Of a stretch of DNA of 64,000 nucleotides, positions 1 through 9,593 are shown one piece after another (the first letter of the stretch is position 1; every line of letters starts with the position of its first letter). The position numbers and the translations under genes are program-made. The notes below the pieces were generated by a model. That model searched no databases. It saw nothing but the letters and a program-made list of their open reading frames with translations, and was not told the origin of the DNA. The stretch is from Alphaproteobacteria bacterium (GTDB taxonomy: Bacteria > Pseudomonadota > Alphaproteobacteria > UBA828), in the NCBI GenBank assembly GCA_965221125.1, contig CBDCRW010000001.1, positions 38,230 through 102,229 on the forward strand. Reading direction: 5' to 3'.

Positions 1-312
1 CAGGTCGTGCGGCTTGAGCGCGCCGTCCGGCGGCGTGTTCTCCGGCCGCTCGAAGGCGAGCGCCCAGGTGAAGCCGAGCCCCTTCTCGTTGAGCCCGCGG
101 GTCGGCGCGCCGCTCACCGAATCCCTGTAGTCGGCGGCCGAGCCGTTCGCCTCCAGAGGCGCGAGATCGGTGCCGACGAAGGCGTAGCCGCCCGCTTCCC
201 GCTCGACGATCACCCGCGTGCGGATGTCGTAGGGATCGTCGCTCACACTGCCGAAATAGACCTTGCTGCCGCCCAGCACGCTGGCGCCGGTCGCACCGAT
301 GTTCGTGCACAT
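1..312 (-). CDS. Putative Ntn-hydrolase (C45/choloylglycine hydrolase-like); runs off the window edge
   Basis: Manual translation from ATG 312: MCTNIGATG...TRGLNEKGLGFTW. Cys2 and the GLNEKGL motif are typical of Ntn-hydrolases; GGAGG lies upstream. Not in the ORF track. Confidence 0.7.
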   Translation of the reverse strand, partial: MCTNIGATGASVLGGSKVYFGSVSDDPYDIRTRVIVEREAGGYAFVGTDLAPLEANGSAADYRDSVSGAPTRGLNEKGLGFTWALAFERPENTPPDGALKPHDL

Positions 313-389
313 GTCAAGCCTCCCCGGTTGCGGGCGGGCGAGGCGCCACTCTCGCGCCTCGCCCCGGTACCGCTAGTGGGATCGCACCC

Positions 390-1997
390 TCAACGGTTGA
401 TGTACATGAAGCGGATCTGGTTGTCCGGCGTCCACAGGAAGCCCTTCAGATCCTTCTTGGCCGCGATGGTCCAATCGAACCACGCGACCTGGATCCAGGG
501 CACCTCCTCGGCCGCGATCTGCTGCAGCTCGCTCGTGATGGCCTCGCGCTCGGGCGAATCCATCATCCGCATGACCTGCTCGAGCAGATCGTTGTAGTGC
601 GGGTTGTTGTAGTTAGTGGCGTTGATGAAGTTGTCCGGCCCGTTGCCGAGATAGACCCAGCTCGAGTAGCCCGGATCGCCGCTCCAAGGCCATTGCTCGT
701 TCACGGCGAAGGCCTGCAGCGCCTTCTTGCCGTACTGCTGCTCGGTGAAGACCGCCACGGGCATGGCCTGCAGCGCGACGTTGACGCCGATCTGCTCCCA
801 GCTGCTCTTGACCAGGATCGCCATCTCCTCGGCCTCCTTCTGGGAGGCGTTGTAGCTGAGCTTGACGTCGAAGCCGTCCGGGAAGCCCGCCTCGGCCAGC
901 AGCGCCTTGGCCTTTTCGAGGTCGTACTCGTAGTTGTAGGTGACCTCGAAGCCGGCGTAGATGTCCGGCACCGTGCTGCGCATGCGCCGGGCGTTGCCGT
1001 AATAGACCTTCTCGATGATGTCCTCGTACGGCGTGGCCCAGGCCATGGCCTGGCGCACCTTGACGTTGTCGAATGGCGGCTTGTCGACGCCGAGCCCGAC
1101 GTAGAGCTGCTTGTTGGCCGCGGCGCGCACCACTTGCAGGTTCTCGTCGCCTTCGACCTGCTGCAGCTCACGCTCGTTCAGGCCCCAGGCGATGTCGATC
1201 TGTCCCGCCTTTAGCAGCGCGAGCCGCGCGCTCGATTCCGGCACGGCCTTGAGGATCACGCGATCGAAGTGAGGCTTGTGGCCGGTCCAGTTCGGATTGG
1301 TCACGAGCACCGTCTCGACGCCCGGCACCACCTTCTCGACGTGATAGGGGCCGAAGCCGGCCGAGTGCGTCCGGGACCATTCCAGTGCCCACGGATCCTC
1401 CTCGGTGGCGTTCGCCTTCATCTCCGTCGAATCGAAGGGGCCGCCGTAGTAGTTCTGCGCGAGGATCTTGAAGAAGATCGGCGTCGTGCCGCGCAGGTTG
1501 ACCCGCACCTTGTGCGTATCCAGGATCTCGATGCTTTCCGCACCGTTGATGCCGATGACGTCGCCGATGAACTTGCCGACGCCCTTGACCGCGAAGCGCC
1601 GCGCCCAGGCCCACTTGTAGTCTTCGGCCGTGAACTCGTTGCCGGCGTAGCTCTTCATTCCCTTCTTGAGATTGATCGTGACGCTCGTGCCGTCCTCGCT
1701 CGTCTCCCAGGATTCGGCAACGAGGCCGACCACGCCGCGATCGTCGGTGGACCTCAGATCGACCGTGTCCGCCGACTTGTCGGGCTGTTCGATGATCTTG
1801 TAGAGGAACAGATCGCCGCCGTGGATGTTGGCCATCATCATCTCGCCTTCGGCGCTGAGCGCCTGATCGCCGTCGAGCGAGGCGGGCGTGTTGGCGATCG
1901 CCATGACGAGTGTTTCGGCCTTCGCCACGCCGGCCGCGAAGGTCACGGCGACGGCGGCGGCAAGGCCGAACTTTGCCAAGCGCGTGAAGCTGAGCAT
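390..1997 (-). CDS. ABC transporter substrate-binding protein, family 5 (DppA/OppA-like)
   Basis: Signal peptide MLSFTRLAKFGLAAAVAVTFAAGVAKA, GLVAESWETS and GFGPY motifs. Start moved to ATG 1997. Confidence 0.9.
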   Translation of the reverse strand: MLSFTRLAKFGLAAAVAVTFAAGVAKAETLVMAIANTPASLDGDQALSAEGEMMMANIHGGDLFLYKIIEQPDKSADTVDLRSTDDRGVVGLVAESWETSEDGTSVTINLKKGMKSYAGNEFTAEDYKWAWARRFAVKGVGKFIGDVIGINGAESIEILDTHKVRVNLRGTTPIFFKILAQNYYGGPFDSTEMKANATEEDPWALEWSRTHSAGFGPYHVEKVVPGVETVLVTNPNWTGHKPHFDRVILKAVPESSARLALLKAGQIDIAWGLNERELQQVEGDENLQVVRAAANKQLYVGLGVDKPPFDNVKVRQAMAWATPYEDIIEKVYYGNARRMRSTVPDIYAGFEVTYNYEYDLEKAKALLAEAGFPDGFDVKLSYNASQKEAEEMAILVKSSWEQIGVNVALQAMPVAVFTEQQYGKKALQAFAVNEQWPWSGDPGYSSWVYLGNGPDNFINATNYNNPHYNDLLEQVMRMMDSPEREAITSELQQIAAEEVPWIQVAWFDWTIAAKKDLKGFLWTPDNQIRFMYINR

Positions 1998-2240
1998 GAG
2001 ATCCCCCCTGCGTTTCTCGTTGCGGGCGCTCTCGCCAGGGAGCGTTCGCGACCCTGGCCCTCCGCGTGCGCTAAAGCCTAAGCGCCGGTCAAACGACGAG
2101 GTCCCGCTGCGGACTTTGCCGCCTGGCCTGCTCCGGCCCCGGCGCGGGGAGGGACGGCACCCTGCGTGCCATCGTGAGGGAGCGCGAAGCGGCTGGCAAC
2201 GGTAAAGTGGCCGGACCGGAACGACAGCGTGGAGGGCACC

Positions 2241-2912
2241 ATGCCCGAGCTCCTGCCGCCGCAACTGGTCGTCAACTGCCGCATGATGTTCCTGAGCTAC
2301 CTGCCGGCGGAGCCCGCGGCCATCGACGCGGCGCTGCCTGCCGATCTCGGCCTCACGCCCGTGGAGAGCCGCGCCGCCGTCCTCGTCCACTACGTGGTTG
2401 ACCGGGACGAGCAGACTTCCGGCTTCGGCGCGTACTCGCTCAGCTACATCTGTTTCGACGTCGTCGGCCACGACGCCGACGCGGAGACGCCGGGGCGCTG
2501 GTTCAGCCACTACTTCATCTCCTCGCCCCGCGTGCGCGACTACGCCATCGAGCGCGGCATCCCGGCGAGCGACGGCGTGACGACACTGGAGTTCGAGGGC
2601 AACACCCTGGTCGCGACGGCCACGGTCGACGGGCGGCCGTTGATCCGCTCCCGCGCGCGGACGACCGGCGAGGTCGGCGAGATCACCGGCGGTCAACTGA
2701 TGGTGCTGTCGGCGCTCGACGGGCGGGTGATGCGCAACCGCCATGCGGTCATCATGGAGCGCGCCAGGGAGTTCGAGATGCAATCAATCTCGTTCCTCGA
2801 CCCGGATCACCCGATCCACCCCTTCCGCCCCAGGGAGCCACTGGAGCTGGTCTTCGGCTTCCACGCGCCGCGCGCGTCGTTCTGCTACCCCGGCGGCATC
2901 GAGGCCGGCTAG
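2241..2912 (+). CDS. Acetoacetate decarboxylase-like superfamily protein without a catalytic Lys
   Basis: GGAGG before ATG 2241; PAAIDAALP, GAYS and RGIP pattern resembles the ADC fold. Confidence 0.6.
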   Translation: MPELLPPQLVVNCRMMFLSYLPAEPAAIDAALPADLGLTPVESRAAVLVHYVVDRDEQTSGFGAYSLSYICFDVVGHDADAETPGRWFSHYFISSPRVRDYAIERGIPASDGVTTLEFEGNTLVATATVDGRPLIRSRARTTGEVGEITGGQLMVLSALDGRVMRNRHAVIMERAREFEMQSISFLDPDHPIHPFRPREPLELVFGFHAPRASFCYPGGIEAG

Positions 2913-2956
2913 CCGGATCGGATTCGTGTCAAGGGTCCGGCACAGGAGGCCATGCC

Positions 2957-3773
2957 ATGCCGATGCTGGAACGCCCCGAGGGGGCCATCCACTACGACGT
3001 CTGCGACATCGTGCCGCCTTGGGTGGAGCCGCGCGAGACCATCCTGTTTCTCCACGGCCTCGCCATCGATTCCGACATCTGGGTCACCTGGCTGCCTGCC
3101 CTGGTTGACCGCTACCGGATCGTCCGCATGGGACCTGCGCGGCTTCGGCCGCTCGTTCGTCCCGGCGGCGGGCGAGGCCTGGACGATGGAGGCGCTGGCC
3201 GGCGACGTTCGCGACGTGCTCGCCGCGCTGGACACCGAGCGGGTGCACTTCGTCGGCGAATCGACGGGCGGCACGGTCGGCCTGCAGCTTGCAGCGCACC
3301 ATCCGGAGAGCCTGCTGACACTCACCATGGTCACGGCGGCGCACCGGGGCGGCACCATCGGCAGATCGCGGGCGCTGAGAGACGACGTGGGCGCGCTGGG
3401 GATGGACGCGTGGTCGGCGAAGCTCATGCCGCTCCGCTTTCCCGCTGGCTGCCTGAGCCCCGCCATGGAGCGCTGGTTCCACGACACGCAGCGCGCCGCC
3501 GCGCCTCACGCCTGCGTCGATCTCGTGGACATGCTGGTGCAGGTCGACCTCACCGATGCGCTCGGCGACATCCACGTGCCGACCCTCCTCATCGCGCCCG
3601 ACGACAGCCCCTTCGTCTCGCTGGAGGCGCAGGTCGAGCGGCTACGCGCCATGCCCGACTGCGAGATGCACGTCGTCGCCGGCGCCCGCCACGGCGTCGC
3701 GCATTCGCACGGGCCGGAATGCGCCGCCGCTCTCAGACGGTTCCTCGAGCGGCGGCGCCCGTTGCCCGATTAG
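2957..3773 (+). pseudogene. Alpha/beta hydrolase with a +1 frameshift at GGG 3130-3132
   Basis: ILFLHG segment in one frame, DLRGFGRS and GESTGG in another; deleting one G joins them as RMDLRGFGRS. Confidence 0.8.
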
Positions 3774-4483
3774 CCCGTCGGCCGGGCGCCGAAGATCGCC
3801 GTGCCGATGCGGACGTGGGTGGCGCTGAGCGCGATCGCGGCCCGGTAATCCGCCGACATGCCCATGCTGAGGCAGTCGAGCCCGTGGCGCGCTGCAAGCT
3901 CCCGCACCAGCGAAAAATGCGGGGCGGGCTCCTCGGCCGCCGGCGGAATGCACATGAGCCCGACCACGGGCAGCCCCAGATCGTCCCTGCAGTGCGCGAC
4001 CAGCGCATCCAGGTCTTCGGGCAGCACGCCGGCTTTTTGGGGCTCGGCGCCGGTATTGACCTGGATGAAGCAATCCGGGCGGCGCCCCTGACGCTCCATC
4101 TCGCGCACGAGCGCGTCCGCCAGCTTGGGCCGGTCGATCGCGTGGATGGCGTCGGCGATCGCCACGGCATCGCGGACCTTGTTGGTTTGCAGCGCGCCGA
4201 TGTAATGGAGAGCCGCGCCGGGCCAGTCGCTGCGGAGCGCGAGCCACTTCTCTGTCGCCTCCTGCACCCTGTTCTCGCCGAAGGCGGCGTGACCGGCGGC
4301 GAGCGCAGGCAGGATCCGGCTTGCGGGGTGTCCCTTGCAGACCGCGATCAGCGTAATCTCGGCCGCGTCGCGACCCGCGTCACGCGCGGCTTCCTGGACC
4401 TCGGCCGCGACGGCGGCGAGATTGGCGGCGACATCGACGGCGGGTTGGCCGTCCGTGCAAGGGGCAGAGGCAGTGTTCGCCAT
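3770..4483 (-). CDS. yggS: PLP homeostasis protein (YggS family)
   Basis: FGENRVQE, HYIGALQTNK, LSMGMSADY and VRIGTAIFG motifs. Confidence 0.95.
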   Translation of the reverse strand: MANTASAPCTDGQPAVDVAANLAAVAAEVQEAARDAGRDAAEITLIAVCKGHPASRILPALAAGHAAFGENRVQEATEKWLALRSDWPGAALHYIGALQTNKVRDAVAIADAIHAIDRPKLADALVREMERQGRRPDCFIQVNTGAEPQKAGVLPEDLDALVAHCRDDLGLPVVGLMCIPPAAEEPAPHFSLVRELAARHGLDCLSMGMSADYRAAIALSATHVRIGTAIFGARPTG

Positions 4484-4505
4484 GGGAACCTGAGCAGAGC
4501 GAGCG

Positions 4506-5126
4506 ATGGGAACGCTAGCAGAGGCGGCGACGCGCCTCAAACAGGCAGCCGGCAGCGCCTTGCCTGCGCTCGTGCTCATGACGGACGAAGCGCGCCTCGC
4601 CGATCCGCTGCCTGCGGCCCGCGCGCTGCCGCCGGGGAGCGCCGTCATCCTGCGCCACTACGGCGCGGCAGAGCGCGCGTCGCTCGCCCGCAGCCTCGCC
4701 GCCATCGCGCGCCGGCGGGGCCTCGTCCTTCTGGTGGGCGAAGACCCCGCGCTCGCGCGGCGCGTCGGCGCTCACGGGATCCATCTGCCGGAGCGCGCCA
4801 TCGGGCGCGCCGGCACCGTCCGCTGGCAGCGGGACTGGCGGATCACCGCCGCCGCCCATTCCCCCGCGGCGCTGCGCCTGGCCGCGGCCGCCGGCGCCGA
4901 TGCGGCTCTGCTCTCTCCGGTCTTCGCCACGGCGAGCCACCCGCGCGCACGCGCCCTCGGCCCGCACCGCTTCGCGGCGCTCGTGCGGCACGCGCCGATT
5001 CCGGTCTACGCCCTCGGCGGCATCGACCGCGGCCGCGCGCACCTTTTGCGGGGGAGCGGCGTCGTGGGGATCGCCGGAATCGGCGGGCTTATCCCAGAGG
5101 GCCCGCCCCGCCTTCCAGAGGGATGA
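4506..5126 (+). CDS. Thiamine phosphate synthase/TenI-like protein
   Basis: AHGIHL, AAAHS, LSPVFATASHP and PVYALGGI motifs. Confidence 0.8.
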   Translation: MGTLAEAATRLKQAAGSALPALVLMTDEARLADPLPAARALPPGSAVILRHYGAAERASLARSLAAIARRRGLVLLVGEDPALARRVGAHGIHLPERAIGRAGTVRWQRDWRITAAAHSPAALRLAAAAGADAALLSPVFATASHPRARALGPHRFAALVRHAPIPVYALGGIDRGRAHLLRGSGVVGIAGIGGLIPEGPPRLPEG

Positions 5127-6309
5127 TCTCCACCTCCGCCCCGCGGGCCGCCGCCGGCGCGTGGGGCGGGCGGACGACGAGGCACTGCGCCTTCACGAGC
5201 AGCGACAGCATCGAGCTGTCCTGCTTGGCGAACGGCGTCGCGATCAGCGTGCCGTTCTCGTCGCGGCCGAGCGTCGCGCGCAGATAATCCTGCCGCTCGT
5301 CGTTCTCGCCCACGTCGGCACCGAGGCTCGCCCGCTGCGCGAGCGGCCGGGCGTCTTCGTCCGCGCCGAGCATCCGCGCCATCGCGGGCCTGAGAAAGAC
5401 CAGCGCGCAGACCAGCGACGAAACCGGGTTGCCGGGCAGGCCCAGCAGCCGGGTGCCGCCGACGCTGCCGAACATGAGCGGCTTGCCGGGCCGCATGGCG
5501 ATCTTCCAGAAATCGAGGGCAAGCCCTTCGTCCTTGAGCGCGTCCCGAATCAGGTCGTGCTCGCCCACCGAGGCGCCGCCGGTGGTGACCAGCAGGTCCG
5601 CGCCGTCCGCGCCGGCGGCGTGGCGCACGAGAGACTCCGGGTCGTCGCGGGCGATGCCGAGGTCGATCGCCTCGCCGCCGCACCCTTCCACCACCGCCCG
5701 GAGCGCATGCGTGTTCGAGCTCACGATCTGGCTCTCGCCCAGCGGCTCGCCCGGCATCACGATCTCGTCGCCCGTGGCAAGCAGCGCGATACGTGGCCTG
5801 CGCCTCACCGTGAGCCACGGCTGGTTCATCGCCGCTGCGAGACCGATGGCGCGCGCATCCAGGCGCCTTCCCGCCGGGACGCCCACCTCGCCTGCGCGAA
5901 AGTCGAGGCCGGCGGGGCGGATGTAGCGGCCGGCGCGTGCGCCCGCGCATACGGTGATCGCCTCGCCGTTGGCGCTCACGTTTTCCTGAATGACGATGGT
6001 ATCGGCGCCCTCCGGCACCGGCGCGCCGGTGAAGATGCGCACCGTCTCGCCGGGGCCGACCGTGCCCTCAAAGCGTGCGCCGGCCGGCACGCTGCCGATC
6101 TGGCGCAAGGTGACGGGCACCGCCGCCACGTCGGCAGCCCGCGCCGCGTAGCCGTCCATGGCCGAAACGTCGAAGGGCGGCTGCGTCAGGCGAGCCACGA
6201 CATCCGCCGCCAGCACGCGGCCGTGCGCCGCAGCGAGCGGCACGGTCTCCGCCGGCAGCGGCGAGAAGGCGGCGGTGATGCGGGTCACCGCGTCTGCGAC
6301 CGGAATCAT
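5089..6309 (-). CDS. moeA: Molybdopterin molybdotransferase
   Basis: PPFDVSAMDGYA, TTGGASVG, MRPGKP and LPGNPVS motifs. Confidence 0.95.
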   Translation of the reverse strand: MIPVADAVTRITAAFSPLPAETVPLAAAHGRVLAADVVARLTQPPFDVSAMDGYAARAADVAAVPVTLRQIGSVPAGARFEGTVGPGETVRIFTGAPVPEGADTIVIQENVSANGEAITVCAGARAGRYIRPAGLDFRAGEVGVPAGRRLDARAIGLAAAMNQPWLTVRRRPRIALLATGDEIVMPGEPLGESQIVSSNTHALRAVVEGCGGEAIDLGIARDDPESLVRHAAGADGADLLVTTGGASVGEHDLIRDALKDEGLALDFWKIAMRPGKPLMFGSVGGTRLLGLPGNPVSSLVCALVFLRPAMARMLGADEDARPLAQRASLGADVGENDERQDYLRATLGRDENGTLIATPFAKQDSSMLSLLVKAQCLVVRPPHAPAAARGAEVEIIPLEGGAGPLG

Positions 6310-6312
6310 CGC

Positions 6313-6789
6313 TCAGGGCGCCTGGAATTCGCCCGACTTGCCGCCCGCCTTGTGGGTGAGCCGCACGTCGGTGATGCGCATGCCGCGATCGGCCGCCTTG
6401 CACATGTCGTAGACGGTGAGCGCCGCCACGCTCGCTGCGGTCAGCGCCTCCATCTCGACCCCGGTGCGCCCCGTGAGGCGGCAGCTCGCTTCGATGTCGA
6501 CGGCGCCTTCTGCCTCGTCGCAGGCGAGCGTCACGTCGATCGCCGTCAGCGCCAGCGGATGGCAGAGCGGAATCAGGTCGGCGGTGCGCTTGGCCGCCAT
6601 GACGCCGGCAAGCCGGGCGACGCCGAGCACATCGCCCTTCGCGACGCCCCCTTGCTGGATCAGGCGCGCGGTCTCGGGCTTCATCAGCACGCGCGCCCGC
6701 GCCGTCGCCCGGCGCTCGGTAGACTCTTTCTCCGTCACGTCCACCATGCGCGCCTTGCCCTCGGCGTCGACGTGGGTGAGCCGCGCCAC
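6313..6789 (-). CDS. moaC: Cyclic pyranopterin monophosphate synthase
   Basis: [22 protein letters not shown] and YDMCKA motifs. Confidence 0.97.
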   Translation of the reverse strand: MARLTHVDAEGKARMVDVTEKESTERRATARARVLMKPETARLIQQGGVAKGDVLGVARLAGVMAAKRTADLIPLCHPLALTAIDVTLACDEAEGAVDIEASCRLTGRTGVEMEALTAASVAALTVYDMCKAADRGMRITDVRLTHKAGGKSGEFQAP

Positions 6790-6792
6790 CGC

Positions 6793-7611
6793 TCAGCCCT
6801 CCGCCGCCCGGGCGGCAGGCACGGGCGCGAGCAGCGCCGCCGTCGCCGCCGCGACATCCGGCTGACGCATCAGGGATTCGCCGACCAGGAAGCGGTGCAC
6901 GCCGCGCGCCGTCATGCGGGCGATGTCTCCGGGGCCGTGCAGGCCGCTCTCGCAGACGATGGGCGGGCCGCCCGCCGCCAGCGGCGCCAGGCGCTCGGTG
7001 GTCGCGAGATCGACCTCGAGGGTCTTCAGGTTGCGGTTGTTGATGCCGAGCAGCGACGCATCGAGGCGCAGCGCCCGCTTGAGCTCGGGCTCGTCGTGGA
7101 CCTCCACCAGGGTGTCCATGCCGAGCGCCCCCGCGGCCGCCGCAAGCTCGGCGGCCTGGTCGTCCTCCAGCGCCGCCATGATGAGCAGGATGCAGTCGGC
7201 TCCCAGCGCGCGCGCCTCCGTCACCTGGTAGGGGTCGAGCATGAAGTCCTTGCGCAGCACGGGGAGCCCTACCGCCTCCCGCGCTTCCACGAGGTAGCGG
7301 TCCTCGCCCTGGAAGTAGGGCTTGTCAGTCAGCACGGAGAGACACGCCGCACCGCCGGCGGCGTAGGCGGCAGCCAGCGCCGCCGGCTCGAAGTCGGCGC
7401 GGATCAGGCCCTTGCTGGGCGAGGCCTTCTTGAGTTCGGCGATGAGCGCGGGCCGGCCGCTGCCGGCGATTTTGTCGAGCGCCGCGGCGAAGCCGCGCGG
7501 CGCCTCGGCCGCCTGCGCCCGCTCCGCCAGCGCTGCCTGCGAGACGGCTCTCTTGCGCTCGGCGACGTGATGCCGCTTGTCGTCGCAGATCCTGGCGAGG
7601 ACGTCGCTCAT
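6793..7611 (-). CDS. trpC: Indole-3-glycerol phosphate synthase
   Basis: [23 protein letters not shown] and GINNRNL motifs. Confidence 0.97.
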   Translation of the reverse strand: MSDVLARICDDKRHHVAERKRAVSQAALAERAQAAEAPRGFAAALDKIAGSGRPALIAELKKASPSKGLIRADFEPAALAAAYAAGGAACLSVLTDKPYFQGEDRYLVEAREAVGLPVLRKDFMLDPYQVTEARALGADCILLIMAALEDDQAAELAAAAGALGMDTLVEVHDEPELKRALRLDASLLGINNRNLKTLEVDLATTERLAPLAAGGPPIVCESGLHGPGDIARMTARGVHRFLVGESLMRQPDVAAATAALLAPVPAARAAEG

Positions 7612-8666
7612 CGGCCGGCGGCGCTCCCCGCCTCGGCCGGCGCGGCGCGGCCGCTGATCTCGACCAGGCGGTCGAGCGTGGCCTGCGCCTTGCCACTGTC
7701 GACCGCCTCGGCGGCAACGTCGACGCCTTCCCTCAGGTCGCCGGCGCGCCCGGCGACGATGAGCGCCGCGGCGGCATTGAGCAGCACGATGTCGCGCGCC
7801 GGACCGGGCGTGCCTTCGAGGATAGCGCGGACGATACCGGCGTTTTCCGCCGCGTCGCCGCCCTTGAGGTCCTCGGACGCGGCGCGCGGCAGGCCGGCGT
7901 CCTCCGGCGCGACCGCGAAGCGGCGGATGGTGCCGCCGTCCAACTCGACGACGGCGGACGGACCCGTGGTGGTCAGCTCGTCAGTGCCGTCGTTGCCGTG
8001 AACGACCCAGACGCGCTCGGAGCCGAGATTGCGCAGCACCTCCGCCATGGGCTGCGCCCACTTGGAGTCGAACACGCCGATCACCTGGCGCCTGGCGTCG
8101 GCCGGGTTCGAGAGCGGTCCCAGCAGGTTGAACACGGTGCGCGTGCCGAGCTCGACGCGGGTGGGCCCCACGTGGCGCATGGCGCCGTGATGCCGGGGCG
8201 CCATGAGGAAGCCGATCCCGGCCTCCCACAACGCCTCGCGCACCAGCGCCATGTCCGCGTCGATGGTGACGCCGAGGGCGGCCAGCAGGTCAGCCGAGCC
8301 CGAGCGCGAGGAGAGCGCGCGGTTGCCGTGCTTGGCGACGGGCACGCCGCAGCCGGCGGCCACGAGCGCCGCGGCGGTCGAGATGTTGAAGGTGCCCTTG
8401 GCGTCGCCGCCGGTGCCGCAGGTGTCGATGGTTCCCTCGGGCGCGTCGATCCTGAGCGCGCGGGCGCGCATCGCCTGCGCGCCGCCGGTGATCTCGTCGA
8501 CCGTCTCGCCCCGCACGCGAAGCGCCATGAGGAAGCCGCCCATCTGGGACGGCGTGGCCTCGCCCGCCATCATCGCGTCGAAGGCGGCCCGCGATTCCTC
8601 GACCGTGAGCGCCGCGCCGCTCGCGACGCGCCCGATGAGCGCCTTGAAATCGGTCGAGTGCGTCAT
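7608..8666 (-). CDS. trpD: Anthranilate phosphoribosyltransferase
   Basis: [13 protein letters not shown] and [15 protein letters not shown] motifs; start placed at ATG 8666. Confidence 0.97.
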   Translation of the reverse strand: MTHSTDFKALIGRVASGAALTVEESRAAFDAMMAGEATPSQMGGFLMALRVRGETVDEITGGAQAMRARALRIDAPEGTIDTCGTGGDAKGTFNISTAAALVAAGCGVPVAKHGNRALSSRSGSADLLAALGVTIDADMALVREALWEAGIGFLMAPRHHGAMRHVGPTRVELGTRTVFNLLGPLSNPADARRQVIGVFDSKWAQPMAEVLRNLGSERVWVVHGNDGTDELTTTGPSAVVELDGGTIRRFAVAPEDAGLPRAASEDLKGGDAAENAGIVRAILEGTPGPARDIVLLNAAAALIVAGRAGDLREGVDVAAEAVDSGKAQATLDRLVEISGRAAPAEAGSAAGR

Positions 8667-8962
8667 GGAGGTCGGGTGTCCGCTCGCCTGCGCGCCCGCC
8701 CCGGGCCTTGCCGCCCGTCCGGTGCGCACCGATTTATAGCCGGTTCTCGACGAAACGCCATGCGTGGCAATGCCTCGTTCAACGATCGTGTCCAGGCCGC
8801 GTGCCGAACAACGTTGTGGACGCGGTGGGCATGCGCCCGCATCACCACATGAATGCCCGTGACATCCCGTTCGTTCTCAATCCAAATGTGGGAACTAATG
8901 AGGGTCTGATCGTGGTGAGTTCAGCGTTTTCGTATTTGAAACAGTATTTTATCGAAGGGAGG

Positions 8963-9055
8963 TGGCGGAGGGAGTGGGATTCGAACCCACGGTACGGCTT
9001 GTCACCGTACAACGGTTTAGCAAACCGCCGCCTTCGACCACTCGGCCATCCCTCC
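8963..9055 (-). tRNA. tRNA-Ser(GCT)
   Basis: Reverse complement GGAGGGATGGCCGAGTGG...GCGGTTTGCTAAACCGT, long variable arm, GGTTCGAATCCCACTCCCTCCGCCA. Confidence 0.97.
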
Positions 9056-9140
9056 AGCGGCGCCCCGTGCCGGCCGCGTCACGCTCTTTTAGAGAGCCGG
9101 CCGGAACGCTGTCAACAACGGGGCGCGGCGCCCGCGGCGC

Positions 9141-9539
9141 CTATTCCGGCGCCTCCTCGCCCGCGAACTTCCAGTAGGTGTCCTTGGTGACCACCTGGCC
9201 CGCGTCGTTCAGCTCCCAGACGTCGATGCCGAGCCAGTTGATCTCGTTGCCGTTGCTCTCGGTGCCGGTGACGGTCCACTCGGAACAGCCCCGGTTGCCG
9301 CTCACCCAGTGGCTGCGAATGTGCCAGTACATGTCGGGAATGGTGCGGAAGCGCCTGTGCGCCATGGCGCGAATCTCGTCCAGTCCGCGCGCGCGTCCGC
9401 CCTCCGGCGGCACGCCCCGCGAGAGCAGCCAGGAGGACTCCTCGGCGAAGTGGCGGACGATGCCCTCCACGTCGTGGCGGTTGTAGGCGTCGCAGACTTC
9501 GGTAATGACCGCGAGGTTGCGGCGTTCGCTGTCGTTCAT
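9141..9539 (-). CDS. SnoaL/NTF2-like protein
   Basis: DAYNRHDVEGIVRHF...GCSEWTVTGT...KDTYWK pattern, 132 aa. Confidence 0.8.
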   Translation of the reverse strand: MNDSERRNLAVITEVCDAYNRHDVEGIVRHFAEESSWLLSRGVPPEGGRARGLDEIRAMAHRRFRTIPDMYWHIRSHWVSGNRGCSEWTVTGTESNGNEINWLGIDVWELNDAGQVVTKDTYWKFAGEEAPE

Positions 9540-9593
9540 TCCGTCTCCCTCATTGGGCGGTGGCGCCGGCGGCGGCCGGCCGGGAACGATGGG

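Noticed and set aside
4900-8001. Very long alternative ORFs (for example 4900-8001, 30641-33070, 54325-57093)
   Set aside because: Antisense or off-frame shadows of recognisable genes, expected at this GC content.
8962-9177. Short ORFs over the tRNAs (MAEGVGFEPT..., and 46306-46605)
   Set aside because: These are translations of tRNA sequence.
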